DNA from: Spongospora subterranea f. sp. subterranea
Lineage: Eukaryota
Direction: 5' to 3'
NCBI GenBank assembly: GCA_049724395.1
Contig: JAUGWO010000055.1
Coordinates: 1-64,000, forward strand
Length of the DNA stretch: 64,000 bases
The position numbers and the translations under genes were made by a program. Shown here one piece after another: positions 25,345 to 38,143 of this stretch. The notes beneath the pieces are model-generated. The model made no database searches. It was not told the origin of the DNA and saw only the letters and a list, made by a program, of their open reading frames with translations. The stretch's first letter is position 1. Each line of letters opens with the position of its first letter.

Positions 25345-27175
25345 CTACTTTTTCTTCCCCTTTCCTTTCTTGGCCGACTTTTTCTTCTTCTTCTGGGCGG
25401 CCAGTTTCTCTGCCTTTCGTAGTTTGGCCATCCTCCAGGCGCCCTGTATGGCGGCGGCCGCCGAATGCAATCGATCCATGGCGGCGAGTTTAGTCGCCTC
25501 GACTGCGGCCAGTTCGGCGTCCAATCGCTGGCGCTCGTTGAGGGCGTCCTCGATCCGCGAGCGGTCCTCTAGGGCGGCGAGCTGATCACAGGTTTCGGCC
25601 GACGCCGCCGTCAACGTTGCCAACTCGTCGGTCTTGTCACCCAGCTCGTCAGCTAATCGAGTTTCCCATGAGCACAGCTTCTGAACAGAATCCGTCAACA
25701 TCGTCAACTCAACATAGTTGAGTCAAAACCAAAACAAAAAAAACAAAAAGCGAAGGTTGTGGCGATTGTTCAAGATGCGGGGCCATGAACAGAACCGGCA
25801 AGGTCTTACAGTGCGGTTTTTCTCGATGAGTTTCTCCAGAAAATCTTTCGTCTGAGCGGCGACTTTCCCCTCCCGTTCGATATCGGCGTTCACGTTGGCA
25901 ATCTCTACACCGCATTGTGTTATTTCTTACAAGTTGAATTTCGATAGATGACCGGCCTTGCGACGATTAGATTCCGGGGGTTTTAAAAAAATGTTTCGGA
26001 TCATCAACGTGTAAAACCCCATTGAGTTTGAACATCAAACAGTGGCCAAATTAACGACGTGAAGCGGTTTTTGATATGTTGAACGGTGAAAAAACAAACG
26101 CAGTTCACCGTTTTTGATCGTATCAATATCGGCGTTGCGTAATCGTTGGACGGTGTTGATATTTGCCCTGGTGATGTCGCCCTCCAACTTCACATTGACG
26201 GCAAGGTCCTCGGTGGCGACCTTGAGGTCGTTGGTCAGCTTGGCAATGGCGGCGTCCACGTCGAGGTTGCGTTCGGCGAACTGGTTCTCGATCTGGTCGA
26301 GCTCGCCCTGAAGTCGCACCCCGGAGCTGTTCGGCCAGTTTCTCCCGCTCCAGCGTCTCCTTCAGCTGGCGATCTTGCGTTAAATATCGCTCCACCTAGT
26401 GGGATTGTTCAGCAAAAGGTCACTGGTTTCAACTGAGGTTGATTTCTGTAAATCGTTGTTCAGTGTAAAGGAGAACCGGGGGCTGATGGCGTGAGAAAAA
26501 ACGAAAAACAACTCGTAAAAGCGCAAATGAAACCTCAAATTTTACCAAAAATCACGAAAAATTGCTCATTCAGATACGATCTTCAAGAATATAATACGTC
26601 GTCGAGATCTGTTCCATTGAATGCAACCAGTTCCGAAACTCATTTGAAAAAACGCGCAAGCTCAGGTCGAAGAACAAAACAGTGTTATTTTTTTAGCAAA
26701 TTAGAGAATGTAGAGCATCAGAGGGGATTGGATTCAAAACGAAACAGTGAGAGACGACCTTCTCCCTGAGCGACGTGAAACTATGACCCGGCTCTGATAA
26801 CTCAAACGAGAGCTGCTTTAGTTGATCGATGACGCTGGCGCGCTCTGCGGAAATTTCGCCCAACTTCCTGAGGATCTCGGGGTCGTCAGCGCCGAGGGAC
26901 ATGGCGATCGACGCCCGGCACTGTTTCAGGTTTCGCATAACGTCGACGGCTTCATCGGCTCCGTGTTTATCGCCATATCGGTCTAGGGACAGTGCCACGT
27001 AACGTTCCTGGAGCGTTTTCTGCTGCGCCAGGAGGGCGGCGATGGGGACTTGTTGGCGATGGGTTGGTTGCTGAGAGGGCAGGGATTTCCCCAGCGACCG
27101 TAAAATGTCGAGGCGGTCGATGGCCTCCTCGATCAAGACTAATGCCCGACCGCTTTCCACCGGCGATAACGCCAT
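25345..27175 (-). CDS. IQCG: Dynein regulatory complex subunit 9 / IQ motif-containing G-like (multi-exon)
   Basis: Coiled coil; ISAERASVIDQLKQLSFEL..SFTSL; WETRLADELGDKTDELATL; C-terminal IQ motif AAAAIQGAWR plus Lys-rich tail KKGKGKKK. Confidence 0.75.
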
Positions 27176-27372
27176 CTATTGACAGAATGTGGGGTAAAAC
27201 GGTACACTGAAACCGATCTCGAACCTCTGTCGAATATTGGATTGATTGGAGAGTGTGGAGCGATGTGAATGAGACGTCAATGGTTTCCGTTATCGACCTG
27301 ACGAACTGAAGATTGACGTCTACGCCATCTCGACCGATATTTCTGCTTCTCTCTAGCATGTGATGGGAGTGA

Positions 27373-28055
27373 TCATGACTTGTGATAAAATCAATTAGTC
27401 TCTGATTGCGATATTGTGATAATCAAAGCAATGAACGTCTCTTGTATCCCCTCCAATGGATATGGATATCGTCCAGACGTCTGCACCTTGTTATCTGAAC
27501 GAAAACCAGGGATGTGGCGAAAATTGATCGCGTAGCGTAGACTGATCATCTCCTTCATGTGTATTTCCTCGGCAGTTTGGCCTTGTAGGGCATGAGTGGA
27601 AGTCCATGTTGATGGTACCAAGGAATGGCCATGCCGTTCATATTGGTGTCGGTGAAAAGTTATCGTGGCATCATTAATCGCATTCAGTTTCAGGATTCGT
27701 CGAGACAAGCGACGACATACCGATACAAATCGACGAATCCCAAAGCTGAATGCGATCAATGCCACGATGACATTTTACCGACACCAATATGAACGGCTTG
27801 ACCATCCCTTGGTGGACTACCACTCATGCCCTACAAGGCCAAACTGCCGAGGAAATACACAATCTACATTGAAGAAGATGATAGTCTACGATACGCGATG
27901 AATTTTCGCCACATCCCTGGTTTTCGTTCAGATTAACAAGATGCAGACGTCTGAACGATATCCATATCCAATTGGAGGGGATACAAGAGAGGTTCATTGC
28001 TTTGGTCATTACAATATCGCAATCAGAGACTAATTGATTTTATCACAGGTCATGA
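27373..28055. repeat. ~680-bp fold-back (arms 27373-27703 and 27730-28055, 26-nt loop)
   Basis: Arms align end to end as reverse complements, with scattered (mostly transition) differences and short indels. Confidence 0.95.
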
Positions 28056-28727
28056 ACAATCCTATCACGACGTGCTAGAGAGAAGCAGAAATATAAGTCG
28101 AGATGGCGTAGAGGAATATATTCTCTCATTGGATAATAAGCTTGATTAGCAGTTCTACATAGGTGACAGAATGTATATTCGATGCCAAACCCCTCGTTAA
28201 CTTGTTTATGTCTAGCGCGGGACGACATGAATCTTTCAGGCATTCTATATAATACATTTCAATAATTGATTTATATTTAACAACAAAAAAAATCCACAAA
28301 TTGTAGAGCCACGGCAGTAGATCCAGGCCGATTTAGGAATATAGAGCAATTGAGATCATGGCACATCTGACTTAGTTCACCTCATCAACCAAGTAACCGC
28401 GATATTCTCCTCCGCCTTCAGAATAACCGCCATCTTCCGATCATCAGGAAAACACAACAATGTGAAAACGTACTCAAAAACACCCAACCTAAGCAACCCA
28501 AAAAACTCAACCAATTCACCAGATAAAAAATCACATCTACCTCAACTCTATCGCAACTCAAAAACAGCTCCGAGAACACGGAAATGGATTCCGAAGTGCC
28601 GAACCGCATTACCTTTCTCTACAGTATAGTATTGAACGTGTCTGACCGTCATGTTTCCGTGCATGTTGGAAGGCGCCAGGGGTTTGTCGTGCTGGCTCCC
28701 CCCGGTGATGTGCCGGTGACACCGAAA

Positions 28728-28932
28728 GCAAAACGCTGCTCTGTCTGGCCGGCTCCAGCCTCGTGTCAAAGGACCCGAAACTCACACGTTAGGCCGGATC
28801 GGGGAATAACCGCACACGACGCCCTCAGTCTGCGATCCCTCTCCCGGCCGTGAAAAGCAAAAAGCTGCTCTGTCTGACTGTCTCCAGCCTCGTGCCATAA
28901 AACCCAAACTTTACAACACGTCAGACCGGACA
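28728..28932. repeat. Degenerate ~75-bp direct repeat, 2 copies
   Basis: gcaaaa..gctgctctgtctg.c.g.ctccagcctcgtg.ca..a..acc..aact..cacgt.ag.ccgga at 28728 and 28858. Confidence 0.75.
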
Positions 28933-29969
28933 CATAACCAACAAAAACGGAGATGAGCCACGTGTCAAAGTAAAACGTTCGACCGCATGTGCACTGACAT
29001 CGTGCGGCATCAATACCGATTGGGGTGACCTCAAATGTTCCCTATCACCACGTCCGCAACGACTGACCCAGCAGGAATGGGGCGCAGGCGAACCATTGCC
29101 TGGCCGCTCGCCGCCAGGCAACTGATCGGATACACCCTTGGCGGCATCGTCTCCGTGTTAGTTCTTATTGTCGCGTATGCCAACCAGGCACAATCACCGA
29201 TTCGACCACAACAAAGTCCCTTCATGTGATGTAGGGCAATAGCACCAAAACGGCGGTGCCGGTTGTCGTACTGGCCCTCTGGCCTAGAGACGTAGAGACG
29301 TGTAATACATTTCCCGCATCAGTTCTAGGCAATACGAAGGCATTAGGGATGTGGCGCACGAGGCGTGTTGCGCGTGTATCAAGTATTCGAACCGTCTGGG
29401 TTCGATCTCTCAGAAGATTCCCTGTGATTGGATTGGTATCGCGCGGGCAAGGTTCGTGCGAGCGCGATCAATCTAGCCGTAGAAAATGTGTTGAACATGG
29501 ATGAAAACATTCGTTGTTTATCAAGCTGTTGCGTCCGATCGTATGCTGCTTCTTACGGCGACCAAAGCGAGTCGGGACCTAAGTTTCAGTTGATAGTTCG
29601 AAGAAGGGAGTCACGCCAGAGGTCACTGCCAGTTTCTTGTCTTCTGAACTATTGTTTATTATAGATTTTGAGGGATTTGGGATGCACAAGGTCATCAGTC
29701 TTGTATAATCCAACTCATTGGATGACGCAGCATCGATCGATCCACTACCCACTATGGCAATATAATCGACGAGTGGTTATTAAGAAAACGATCATAGCTT
29801 CTCGATATCCTTTGACAACGGGCCAGCACATAAATGTCCTGCCAGGTCTGTCGCTGAGAGCTCACCAACGCAAGTCATGCGATATCCATGCTATTCAGCC
29901 CTAATCATCTGTTTCAGTGTCTTGATGATAGCAATGTCACCATCTTTATCGATACTGGTCATTCCCTCT

Positions 29970-30480
29970 TGTATGTACCCAATGAGAATTTGACCGACTG
30001 CCGAAAATTGCAATCGACTATTGGCGAATGGGCTCTGCCCAGAAGGCCGCCCTTTTGCTGGATGATACCGACACTTGGTCAATTCCGATAGTACATGGAG
30101 AAATTGCCATCCCAGGCTCGACGCACTCCAGTAAATCTCTTTCCCTTGCGCGCCGCCCATCAGTGAGTACAAAGAAAGGGAAACAGATCAAGTTCGATGA
30201 AGACAGCACTGCTGCTGATGCCGCGAAGCTCGCCGAAATCAACGCGACGGATCGTATGGCATTGAGCAGTGAAGCCAGCGTTGCGGTCAAGTTAAGATCA
30301 TTTAGCCTGCGTTCGCGAGCAATTCGCCTGGAAGAGGTTCAGCACGTTGCAAGCGCACGAGGGCGTGGAGTGCCGCTGCATCAAGCAAGAGGTGGCACTG
30401 ATCAACGCCCGCATTGAGGTTCGCAAGAAGGAGATCGCTTTGGAACTCCTCTCGTCTAGTTTCGCTCCAAATAAATGAGG
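29970..30480 (+). mobile_element. Possible Harbinger accessory (Myb/NAM-associated) ORF remnant
   Basis: PF..CW.I followed by RRPSVSTKKGK (resembles RPxGxKKAK) and a helical tail; lies next to a Harbinger transposase fragment. Confidence 0.35.
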
Positions 30481-30899
30481 TTTGTATCGGGTTTGTTTGA
30501 TAAAATCCGGAATTCGTCAAGTGTTGGTCTCATCTTCTTCACTGCCTCTTAGGCTCCAGTGATGCTCAACAAGATCTGCTTGGAGGCGCGTGTGCATTAT
30601 TGGATCAGCGCGATTGGCAAAGCTGACGATTCGAGCGTCCTGGCTGATCTGAACGTGTGATGGCGATCATCCCCTCCAGTGACCGATCTGATATTGCGAC
30701 AAGTGTGTCTGTAAACGGTATTCTTCTCGATGAAATATATCCTCGAAACCCCATCGAGGCGTCTGAGGTTCGGATCGGCCAAAAAGCTAGAATGGTCAAC
30801 CTTGCCACTCGCACTGATTTGATTATGCCCACGAGCCCTCCAAGCAGATTTTTTGAGCATCACTGGAACCCAAGAGGCAGCGAGACCAACACTTGACGG

Positions 30900-31080
30900 A
30901 TTCCGGATTTTACTCAATAAACCCGATACAAGTTCCAGTTTCTGTTTGAAGAAGTCGCCATGATGTACGACACGAGCGTGAACGGCGTCGAACACGTCTC
31001 GAGGCATGTGGAAGGTCCTACGAAAATGCTTGTCGTCTTAAACTGGATTTAGACCCCCAGTGGTCTTTTATGAAGAAGGA
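30900..31080 (-). mobile_element. Plant-type Harbinger transposase, N-terminal fragment
   Basis: IKDHW..YDDKHFRRTFHMPRDVFDAVHARVVHHGDFFKQK (cf. FRRRFRM..LF..I......YF.Q.). Confidence 0.65.
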
Positions 31081-31474
31081 AGGCAAACAGTTGCCGCCTC
31101 CGTCGATTTCTGTTGGGAGCGGGCCCAGGTATGGAACCGCCCGAGCAATAAGCTCGTCTTCAGATTCATCTTCTTTAATCATCATCATGAATGATTGATT
31201 GCGAACGGAGTCTGACGAGTCGACTGGGAGTCTGATTGAGTCAAACCGGAGCGTCCCCATTGTATTCAGCGATAGGTTCCAAACATGGACGGGTACCCCC
31301 GGTGGGAACCACGGCCTGGAGTATTCACCAGATCAAATATTCACCAGAACTGCATTTTCATCACCAGCGGTGATCGGTATGATGATGCTCTTCAAATTTA
31401 CCACAAAGTCTACATTATAATCCCCACAATCTTTCAACGTGTACACCTACTGAAGGCTGGGGTCAATTGGAAAT

Positions 31475-32617
31475 GTTGCGATGCTCAGTGGTTTTCTAAT
31501 CGTCTGAAAACCAGAACCTACGTCGAAGCTCGGGACCGGGAAATGAACTACTGCTGTTTTATTCAAGGTGTAGGATGGATATCCCATAACGACTCTTCCC
31601 TCAATAGCATTTGGACTATTTCGGCAACTGCGGAAAAAACAATCGGATGGAAGCTTCCTCCATGGCGAAACAAATCCGTGACCTACCTAGACAGGCAATT
31701 GTGCGGATACGGGCGTTGACGCTTTCATGTCGGGCGCCCGTTTTTTTGAGGGAAATGTTGATGGCTTTCATGACCGAAGTCTCTCCAGTTTTTCGAAATG
31801 CTGTCAAAACTCGATTATCAACGTCACGATAACCGCTGTCAGCGGCGGGTTTTTTCTCCGGGCATCAACCGTGGAAATAAACATTTCTTGAGATCGGGCC
31901 ACGACCCACACGGCACTCCACCGGCGATATGTGACATTTTGGAGCAACCTAGGACAGTGCCAATTTCATATCTCAAGCCGACACTATTGAGCTTGTGCAA
32001 AAGTCGTTGTTCCACGAATCAGTGGGATGGGCACGCCTATTATTCACCAGAATCGTTAGGTTATCGAATTCTTAAGCTGTTTTGGATTGATTTTGAAGAC
32101 CGATGGATCAGGTGGGACAGGCTGGTCCCATTGATGTACTTAGACGGAATCGATTTTAAAGTTTCAGAAAGATCCGTGTTCAACAAAGACGATTGGTCTC
32201 AAACGCACAATAGTGACGGCTTAAGATATGAGATTGGCACTGCCCTGGGATGCTCCAAAATAGTACATATCGCCGGTGGAGTGCCGTGTGGGTCGTGGTC
32301 CGATCTCAAAAACACGAAGACGTGTTTATTCCCACGGTTGATGCCCGGAGAAAAGACAGCGGTTATCGTGAGACGTTGATAATCGATTTTTGACAGCATT
32401 TCGAAAAACTGGAGAGACTTTGGTCATGAAAGCCATCAACATTTCCCTCAAAAGAACGGGCGCCCGACATGAAAGCGTCAACGCCCGTATCCGCACATTT
32501 GCCTGTCTAGGGCACGAATACCTTGAAATAAAACAGCAGTTCAATTTCCCGGTCCCGAGCTTCAACGTAGGTTCTGGTTCTCAGATCAGACTATTACGAA
32601 ACACTGAACATCGCAAC
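31475..32617. mobile_element. Two inverted copies of a Harbinger/ISL2EU-like DDE transposase 3' region, forming a ~1.1-kb fold-back
   Basis: + copy reads YLDGIDFKVSE..FNKDDWS..HNSDGLRYEIG..IVHIAGGVPCGSWSDL..PGEKTA..RTGARHESVNARIRTF. Arms ~31475-31995 and ~32205-32617. Confidence 0.85.
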
Positions 32618-32677
32618 GACTCCGAAAAGAACCGCTTATAATTTGGTCCGCAGAGATGTACCGCAAGTCCGTAGCTT

Positions 32678-33188
32678 CAAGACTGTCCAAACTTGATGAC
32701 AACTCATCCTTCTCTCACGATCAAGTATGACCCAGAAGGCGAGTTTACCAGAAAAAAAGACTGCGAAAGGCCCAAAAGGCGCAGGCGTTCGTCGGCGGTC
32801 CACACTGCCTGAGTTTTATGCCGCGTCTCCAGTCAGCAATTCAAAACATTCAGGAATCTCGACAAACTTGACCATGAGTAACGTGATGAAACGGAGTCGA
32901 AGATCACCCGATGGGGATTTTCAACGATGATCGGCGTATCTTACCCCGACCAGTTTCATCAGCTACGTCGTGCTCGAAACTTTACTCATGGTCGAGTTTG
33001 TCGAGATTCCTGAAAATCTCAATTTGCTGACTGAAACCGCTTCGTAAAAACTCAGTCAGGGTAGACCGCCGTCGGGCGCCTGCGCGTTTCGGGCCTTTCG
33101 CGGTCCTTTTCTCCAATAGACTCGCCCTCTGGGTCATTCTTGATCATGAGAGAAGGATGAGAGCTGTGATCACGTTTGGATCGTCTTG
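32678..33188. repeat. ~510-bp imperfect fold-back
   Basis: ctcatccttctctca.gatcaag.atgacccaga pairs with ~33129-33161; tcaggaatctcgacaaact.gaccatgagtaa pairs with ~32983-33013; loop ~32914-32929. Confidence 0.9.
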
Positions 33189-34457
33189 TGCGATTCGTTG
33201 ACCCTAATCGGTGTCCCAAAGTGTACGGATTGACCTGGTTAGGAAAAGGGGCCGACGAGGGCCAATGCAGGTCGATCATCGGGGATGGGGACATCAATCA
33301 CACGTTCCCGGCCGCCAACCGACTTCCTCTCGGGTATCACAGCGATCAGGGACCGCGCTCGAGGCGGTCCCGCCCCTGCGACTTCCCGCCTGGAGTGCTG
33401 GACCACAGCGCCAGAAATCCAGCCGACGCCGGGCGAGTACGGCGGCGTTGGTGGAATCGGGGGGGAGGATGTCAACGCGGGCAACGCGCTTACAGTTCCG
33501 CTCCCCTTCTAATGGGGTTTGTTGGGATTCAGTGCCGCCGATCGAATTATTCGCCGTCTTGGATGATGGTGGCGAGCAGTCTTGTACAAACGGGGATCAT
33601 TTCCGCTCATCAAGTTGGGCCAACATATCTTAAGACTTACAAAAACTGCATTCTCACTTCAAAGATTGGCCACATCATTCTCAGCTGAGTTTGTGGGGTT
33701 GCAGGTTTGGCTGTGAACGTGCGGTTGAATGAGCTATGTGAGAAGGGAGTGGAGGAGATGGCCGACGGCGTGTTCGGCCTGTTGGAAGAGACAGTTGCGG
33801 CGCTGGGCGACTCGACCTGCCGGGGGAAACTCGACGCGATCGTGCCGGTCGTGAGAGCCTGTTATTATGATGGCGATGGTCCCCCATGCTGTTCGGTTCT
33901 CAAATCACTCAATCTGATCAAGTTCAGTATGCCCTTTCTCACCACGGTTTCATCACGACCTATTCACTTCCTGTTACTGCTCTGTTCGCGACTTCATAGG
34001 TTCTCACTCGTTTCGTCGTTTTGATCGTCTCTCACTGTAGTTTCTTCGATACAACTTGCGCTAATCCCTCATTTGCTTTGTTACACCTGGATAGTCTCTC
34101 CCTCGTGGCTTTGTTACGACTTGGAGTCATTCTCGCACTCGTTTTTTCAACGGTGTCACGTTTTGGTAATCGCGACTGTTCTGCTGTTACAGTAATGCTA
34201 CCCCCTACTAGTTTTTCCGTTTCCGTGGAAACGTAGCTTCGTGCGCTAAATCGTTGAGTTCGCATTTTCTCAAATGTCGTTGAAACGTCAAATTCGCGTT
34301 CAAATTGTGACTACACCGGAAAGTGACACGTGTTGAGAGCGGTTAATATGTCATTGTTGTTATTGGAAATAGTTGAGCAAGAACATCTGGGTTCTCCCTC
34401 GCTTAGGGCGCGGATGTTTGTGTCCCTCACAGATCCTGCGTTGGTTTTAGGTCCACG

Positions 34458-37325
34458 ATGGACTACGATCTGGATGCGTTGAAGAGTGAGCTGGTCGATC
34501 AGGTCCGACAGATCGACAAACTGCTCTCCGAGAACAAGCATCTCCAATCCGTAACATCCTTTGAGCAATATCTTTCTGTGATTTCGTTTGAGTCCCTGGT
34601 GTCAATTTGTCGATGTTGTTTTATTGTACTTCTTTCTGAAATAATTTACCAGAAACTCGGCAAATTGTTTGATAACAAGTGAGTTGACGTCTGCTGATCA
34701 AACGTGTTTGCGCTCAGACGAGCGCCCGTCTGGAGACAGAGCTGGGCGGAATCCGGCGCCATAATCGCCAGTTGGAGCGAGCCACGGCTATGGCCGGGGA
34801 ATTCCTCGATTCCAGCCGTCAGGAATGTGACGCCATCAACGCTTCCAACGACGATCTGGTCAATAAGATGGAGGAAGCTGCCAGTCAATATAGACAACAG
34901 GTGCCTTTCAGAGAAAATTCCCTGCAAAACCTGTTTTCTTTTCCAGCGACGAATTGAATTTGCTTTGTTGATTGTAAACATCTCTATCTGAGTTTGAATC
35001 TTCGAAATGGTGTGAAAATTTGGGTTTCTTGGAATAACCTCTACTGCAAAACTTACAAAGTCATTCGTAAGTCATTCAATTAACGAAATTTGTCGTTTGG
35101 GGGAGTTCGCGATGTGTCCCCTAGTCCTGAATTTTCGTGATGATAGCTGTCCATCTACGAGAACAAGATTTTGATTGCGGATAAGAAGTTTAAGGCCGCC
35201 CAAAACGAGATGGTCCTCGACCGGAAGCTCAATGCCGAAAAAGACGCCAGAATCGCTATCCTGGAGAGGGACAACGCCAAATTGATGACCGAGCTCGAAA
35301 TTTTCCAGGTCGACTACCATCCGCATCTGAATTGGTTCAAAACTGATGGTTCATGTTAGTCTGCGGTCGAGTCGATGAGCAGTGGTGCCTCCTTGGCGAT
35401 GGGCAACGACGCCACGTCAGCAGAGAACGACACACGCCCCCATCCTAACGTTCTTGGCGACGCAGAGTCCACTCGTCGCGGGCCCCAGTTAGCTCTTGGC
35501 ACCGGAAACGACGTCCCAGTCTTCCTCAGGTAGTCCCGCTGTTCGTTCGTGATATTTCACGAATTCCAAAAGTCCTATTTGAGATAGCTTGTACTTGAAC
35601 CGCATCTGGCTCGGACAATGGTCATGTTAGAAGAAACGGTCAGAGATCAAATAATGATCTCGATTGCTGAGATTTTGCCAGAAAACAACCAATATCGTTG
35701 TCGTTGAACCCAGTTCCAGATATCTTTGATATGGGCATTCTTATTTTTTTGATGATTTCGTACTGACTAAATGTGGTGCAGATACGAGGGGTGGATTCCC
35801 TATCGTCCAATCTCCAAGGCCAAGGTCGAGACCATGTGCAAACGCATTTGGGCCCTGAAAACCAGCTCGGCGAACTCCAACAGTACGTCTCAGCCGCCGG
35901 TCGACCTTGGCCAGTTTTTCCTTGAATACATGACCAGAAAGATCCCCAGTCAGAAAAAGGTTGATTGTATCATTTGGTTTCTTTCGGATAAGTTGATACT
36001 GGCTGTCTACTTGACTAGAAATTCGAATACATCTACAATTTTGTGGAGAATCTGAAGAAATTCGTGTACGACATTGATTGCGACATTTTCTATCGTGTCC
36101 TCTTTCACGAGCTGTCGGAAGATGCATTTTTCGATCAGATGAAGATGGTCGCCGAATGTCAGTAGTTCGTATGCACCAGTTTCGTGTGATGTTGGCGATA
36201 CATTCAGTTGCAACATCTTCGTTCCTTTTCTCAAACTTGTTATCCATGTGTTGACTGCCCAATTTTCAAGTTGATAACATCGCTTGACCAAATAAGGCTT
36301 GAAAGAAGCTCTCGATTTATTCAAGGTTCTTGAGCATTTACGTCGGTTATCTCGATTTTTTTTCGGGTTCAAAGTTCAAAGGAAACCGAATGCGTCTTCG
36401 AAGAACTGTGAACGTTTAGGGCTGTTGTTGTCACTTAGTGAAGAAATTTCTGAGTTTATGGGATATTGGGGTTGATGGTGAAAAAGATGGTCTGATCCCG
36501 GTGGATCGGTTCGAAAATGGCATTCGAGAGTTCTTCCCGACGAAATCCCCGGATCGGATCCGGATCCTAATTCAGGCCGCCCACACCCATTCATCAACCA
36601 GATCGGCCATCGATATCGCCAAACTTCTCCAAGAATCGGCAGATGGAACGCAATCGCCATTCATGGAAATGGCCAGATCACAACTAATGTAAGCTGCCGA
36701 TCCTCCCTCGCTTCAACTGACTCTTTTCGTAAATAATCTGTAATTTTGTAGTAAAACACGTTTTGACGAACTCTTTTTGTTTGTATATTTGACAATTTCG
36801 AATGAGAATTGATTACGGAATTATTCTTTGGCGTTGATTCGATTTATGTCAGAGCTGAGATGCTGGAGTTTCGTTCGAACATTGAGGCGGCATTATGGGA
36901 TTTAGCCTGTGGGCGAGAACCCGGCAAGACCAAATCCCTGTCCTGTCAGAATATCAGACGAGCTCTACTCAATGTTAGTCCTACACACTCAGCAACACAA
37001 CAGATGCCAAGTAATTTCCGGACCGTGTGATGGAATGTTTCAGCGGTTGATAATGGACATTTTGGGCAGCAGACGCTGACGCCATGCTGGCATTGATTGC
37101 GCTCAGGTCGCGATAGGTTATACGGCGAAGGAAATCGACAATATTATTAGACGAGGAAGGCAGTCTGACGTGTTTTATGCCCACGATCTGGTCGACGTCG
37201 ACCAGTTCATGATGAATATCAGCAGCACGGGCTTGCTGGCTCCCAAAGGACATTATGTCGGCGGTGATCATGTTCAACAGATCGCCGCTAGAAACACCTT
37301 CAAGCGCCTGCCCAAACGATGCTAA
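34458..37325 (+). CDS. TSNAXIP1-like coiled-coil/EF-hand-like protein (about 9-10 exons)
   Basis: ALGTGNDVPVFLR|YEGWI..ISKAKVE..IW; FFLEYM; NFVENLKKF..FYRVL..ELSEDAF; DGLIPVDRF..IREFFPTKS; ESADGTQSPFME; last exon VAIGYTAKEID...KRC*. Confidence 0.75.
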
Positions 37326-37613
37326 AAATGATTTTGTAAAGTCGATAGAATAATCAAGCTCGCGACGTTATGCTGGCCGTCAAAACGAAGTCAAACAAAT
37401 ATTTCTGGTTTAGTCGTCAAAATCACACAAAGAATTCCCACACATTTGAGTAGGGATGAACACGGTCGTGTGTTTTGAATAAAAAGATACAAAACTTGGT
37501 TATCATATTAAAACAGAGTTAAAATGATAAATTAGAAAACAAAGAATGGTCATCGGAAGAGAAACGTTGGTGTGGATAATTGAATATATTGTTGTTATAA
37601 TTAATAGCGACTT

Positions 37614-38143
37614 TCACATATCTAAGAACATTTGGTTATCGGGGTTTTGCTGCCGGTTCATTTCCTCCTTGAGCTTGTCGCGAATGACGTCCAGTTCCCG
37701 CCTCAAGTCGCTGATTGACGTCTTCAACGCAGCATTTGGGGAAATCGTCCCATTAGTCCTCAATTGAAGATCAAACTGAATAAATCGCTCAGAAATTGAT
37801 AAAAACAGAACGAGCGATTTGAACTACTTGATGTTTTAGTGGATGTGGAACTCTATATCCAGCAAAAACTACATTTTTATCCCTATGTAGCTGCCTAAAC
37901 TGAATTCAGAAGCCCAGCATTTTAAGATCAGACTTAAGCGGTACATTCTTAGTAGGTTTCCTAATGTGTGGTCTTCTCGTAAAACACTAAAAGTCGCCGC
38001 ATTGGTCATCTTTTCGTCCGTCTTGATGAAAACACTGAGATCGAAGGTGATCACAACCTGAAACTACATTTCGTTCGAACGTCTAACCGTTTATCATTGC
38101 CCTCGGGCGTCGCGAACATATCATACTGATCAGGTCTGCTCAT
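37614..38143 (-). CDS. RPB11: RNA polymerase II subunit RPB11 (4 exons)
   Basis: [72 protein letters not shown]. Confidence 0.93.

Noticed and set aside
33300..34300. GC-rich short ORFs
   Set aside because: Possibly gene remnants, but no coherent model or motif.
36981..37277. 98-aa - strand ORF
   Set aside because: Antisense to the last exon of the TSNAXIP1-like gene.
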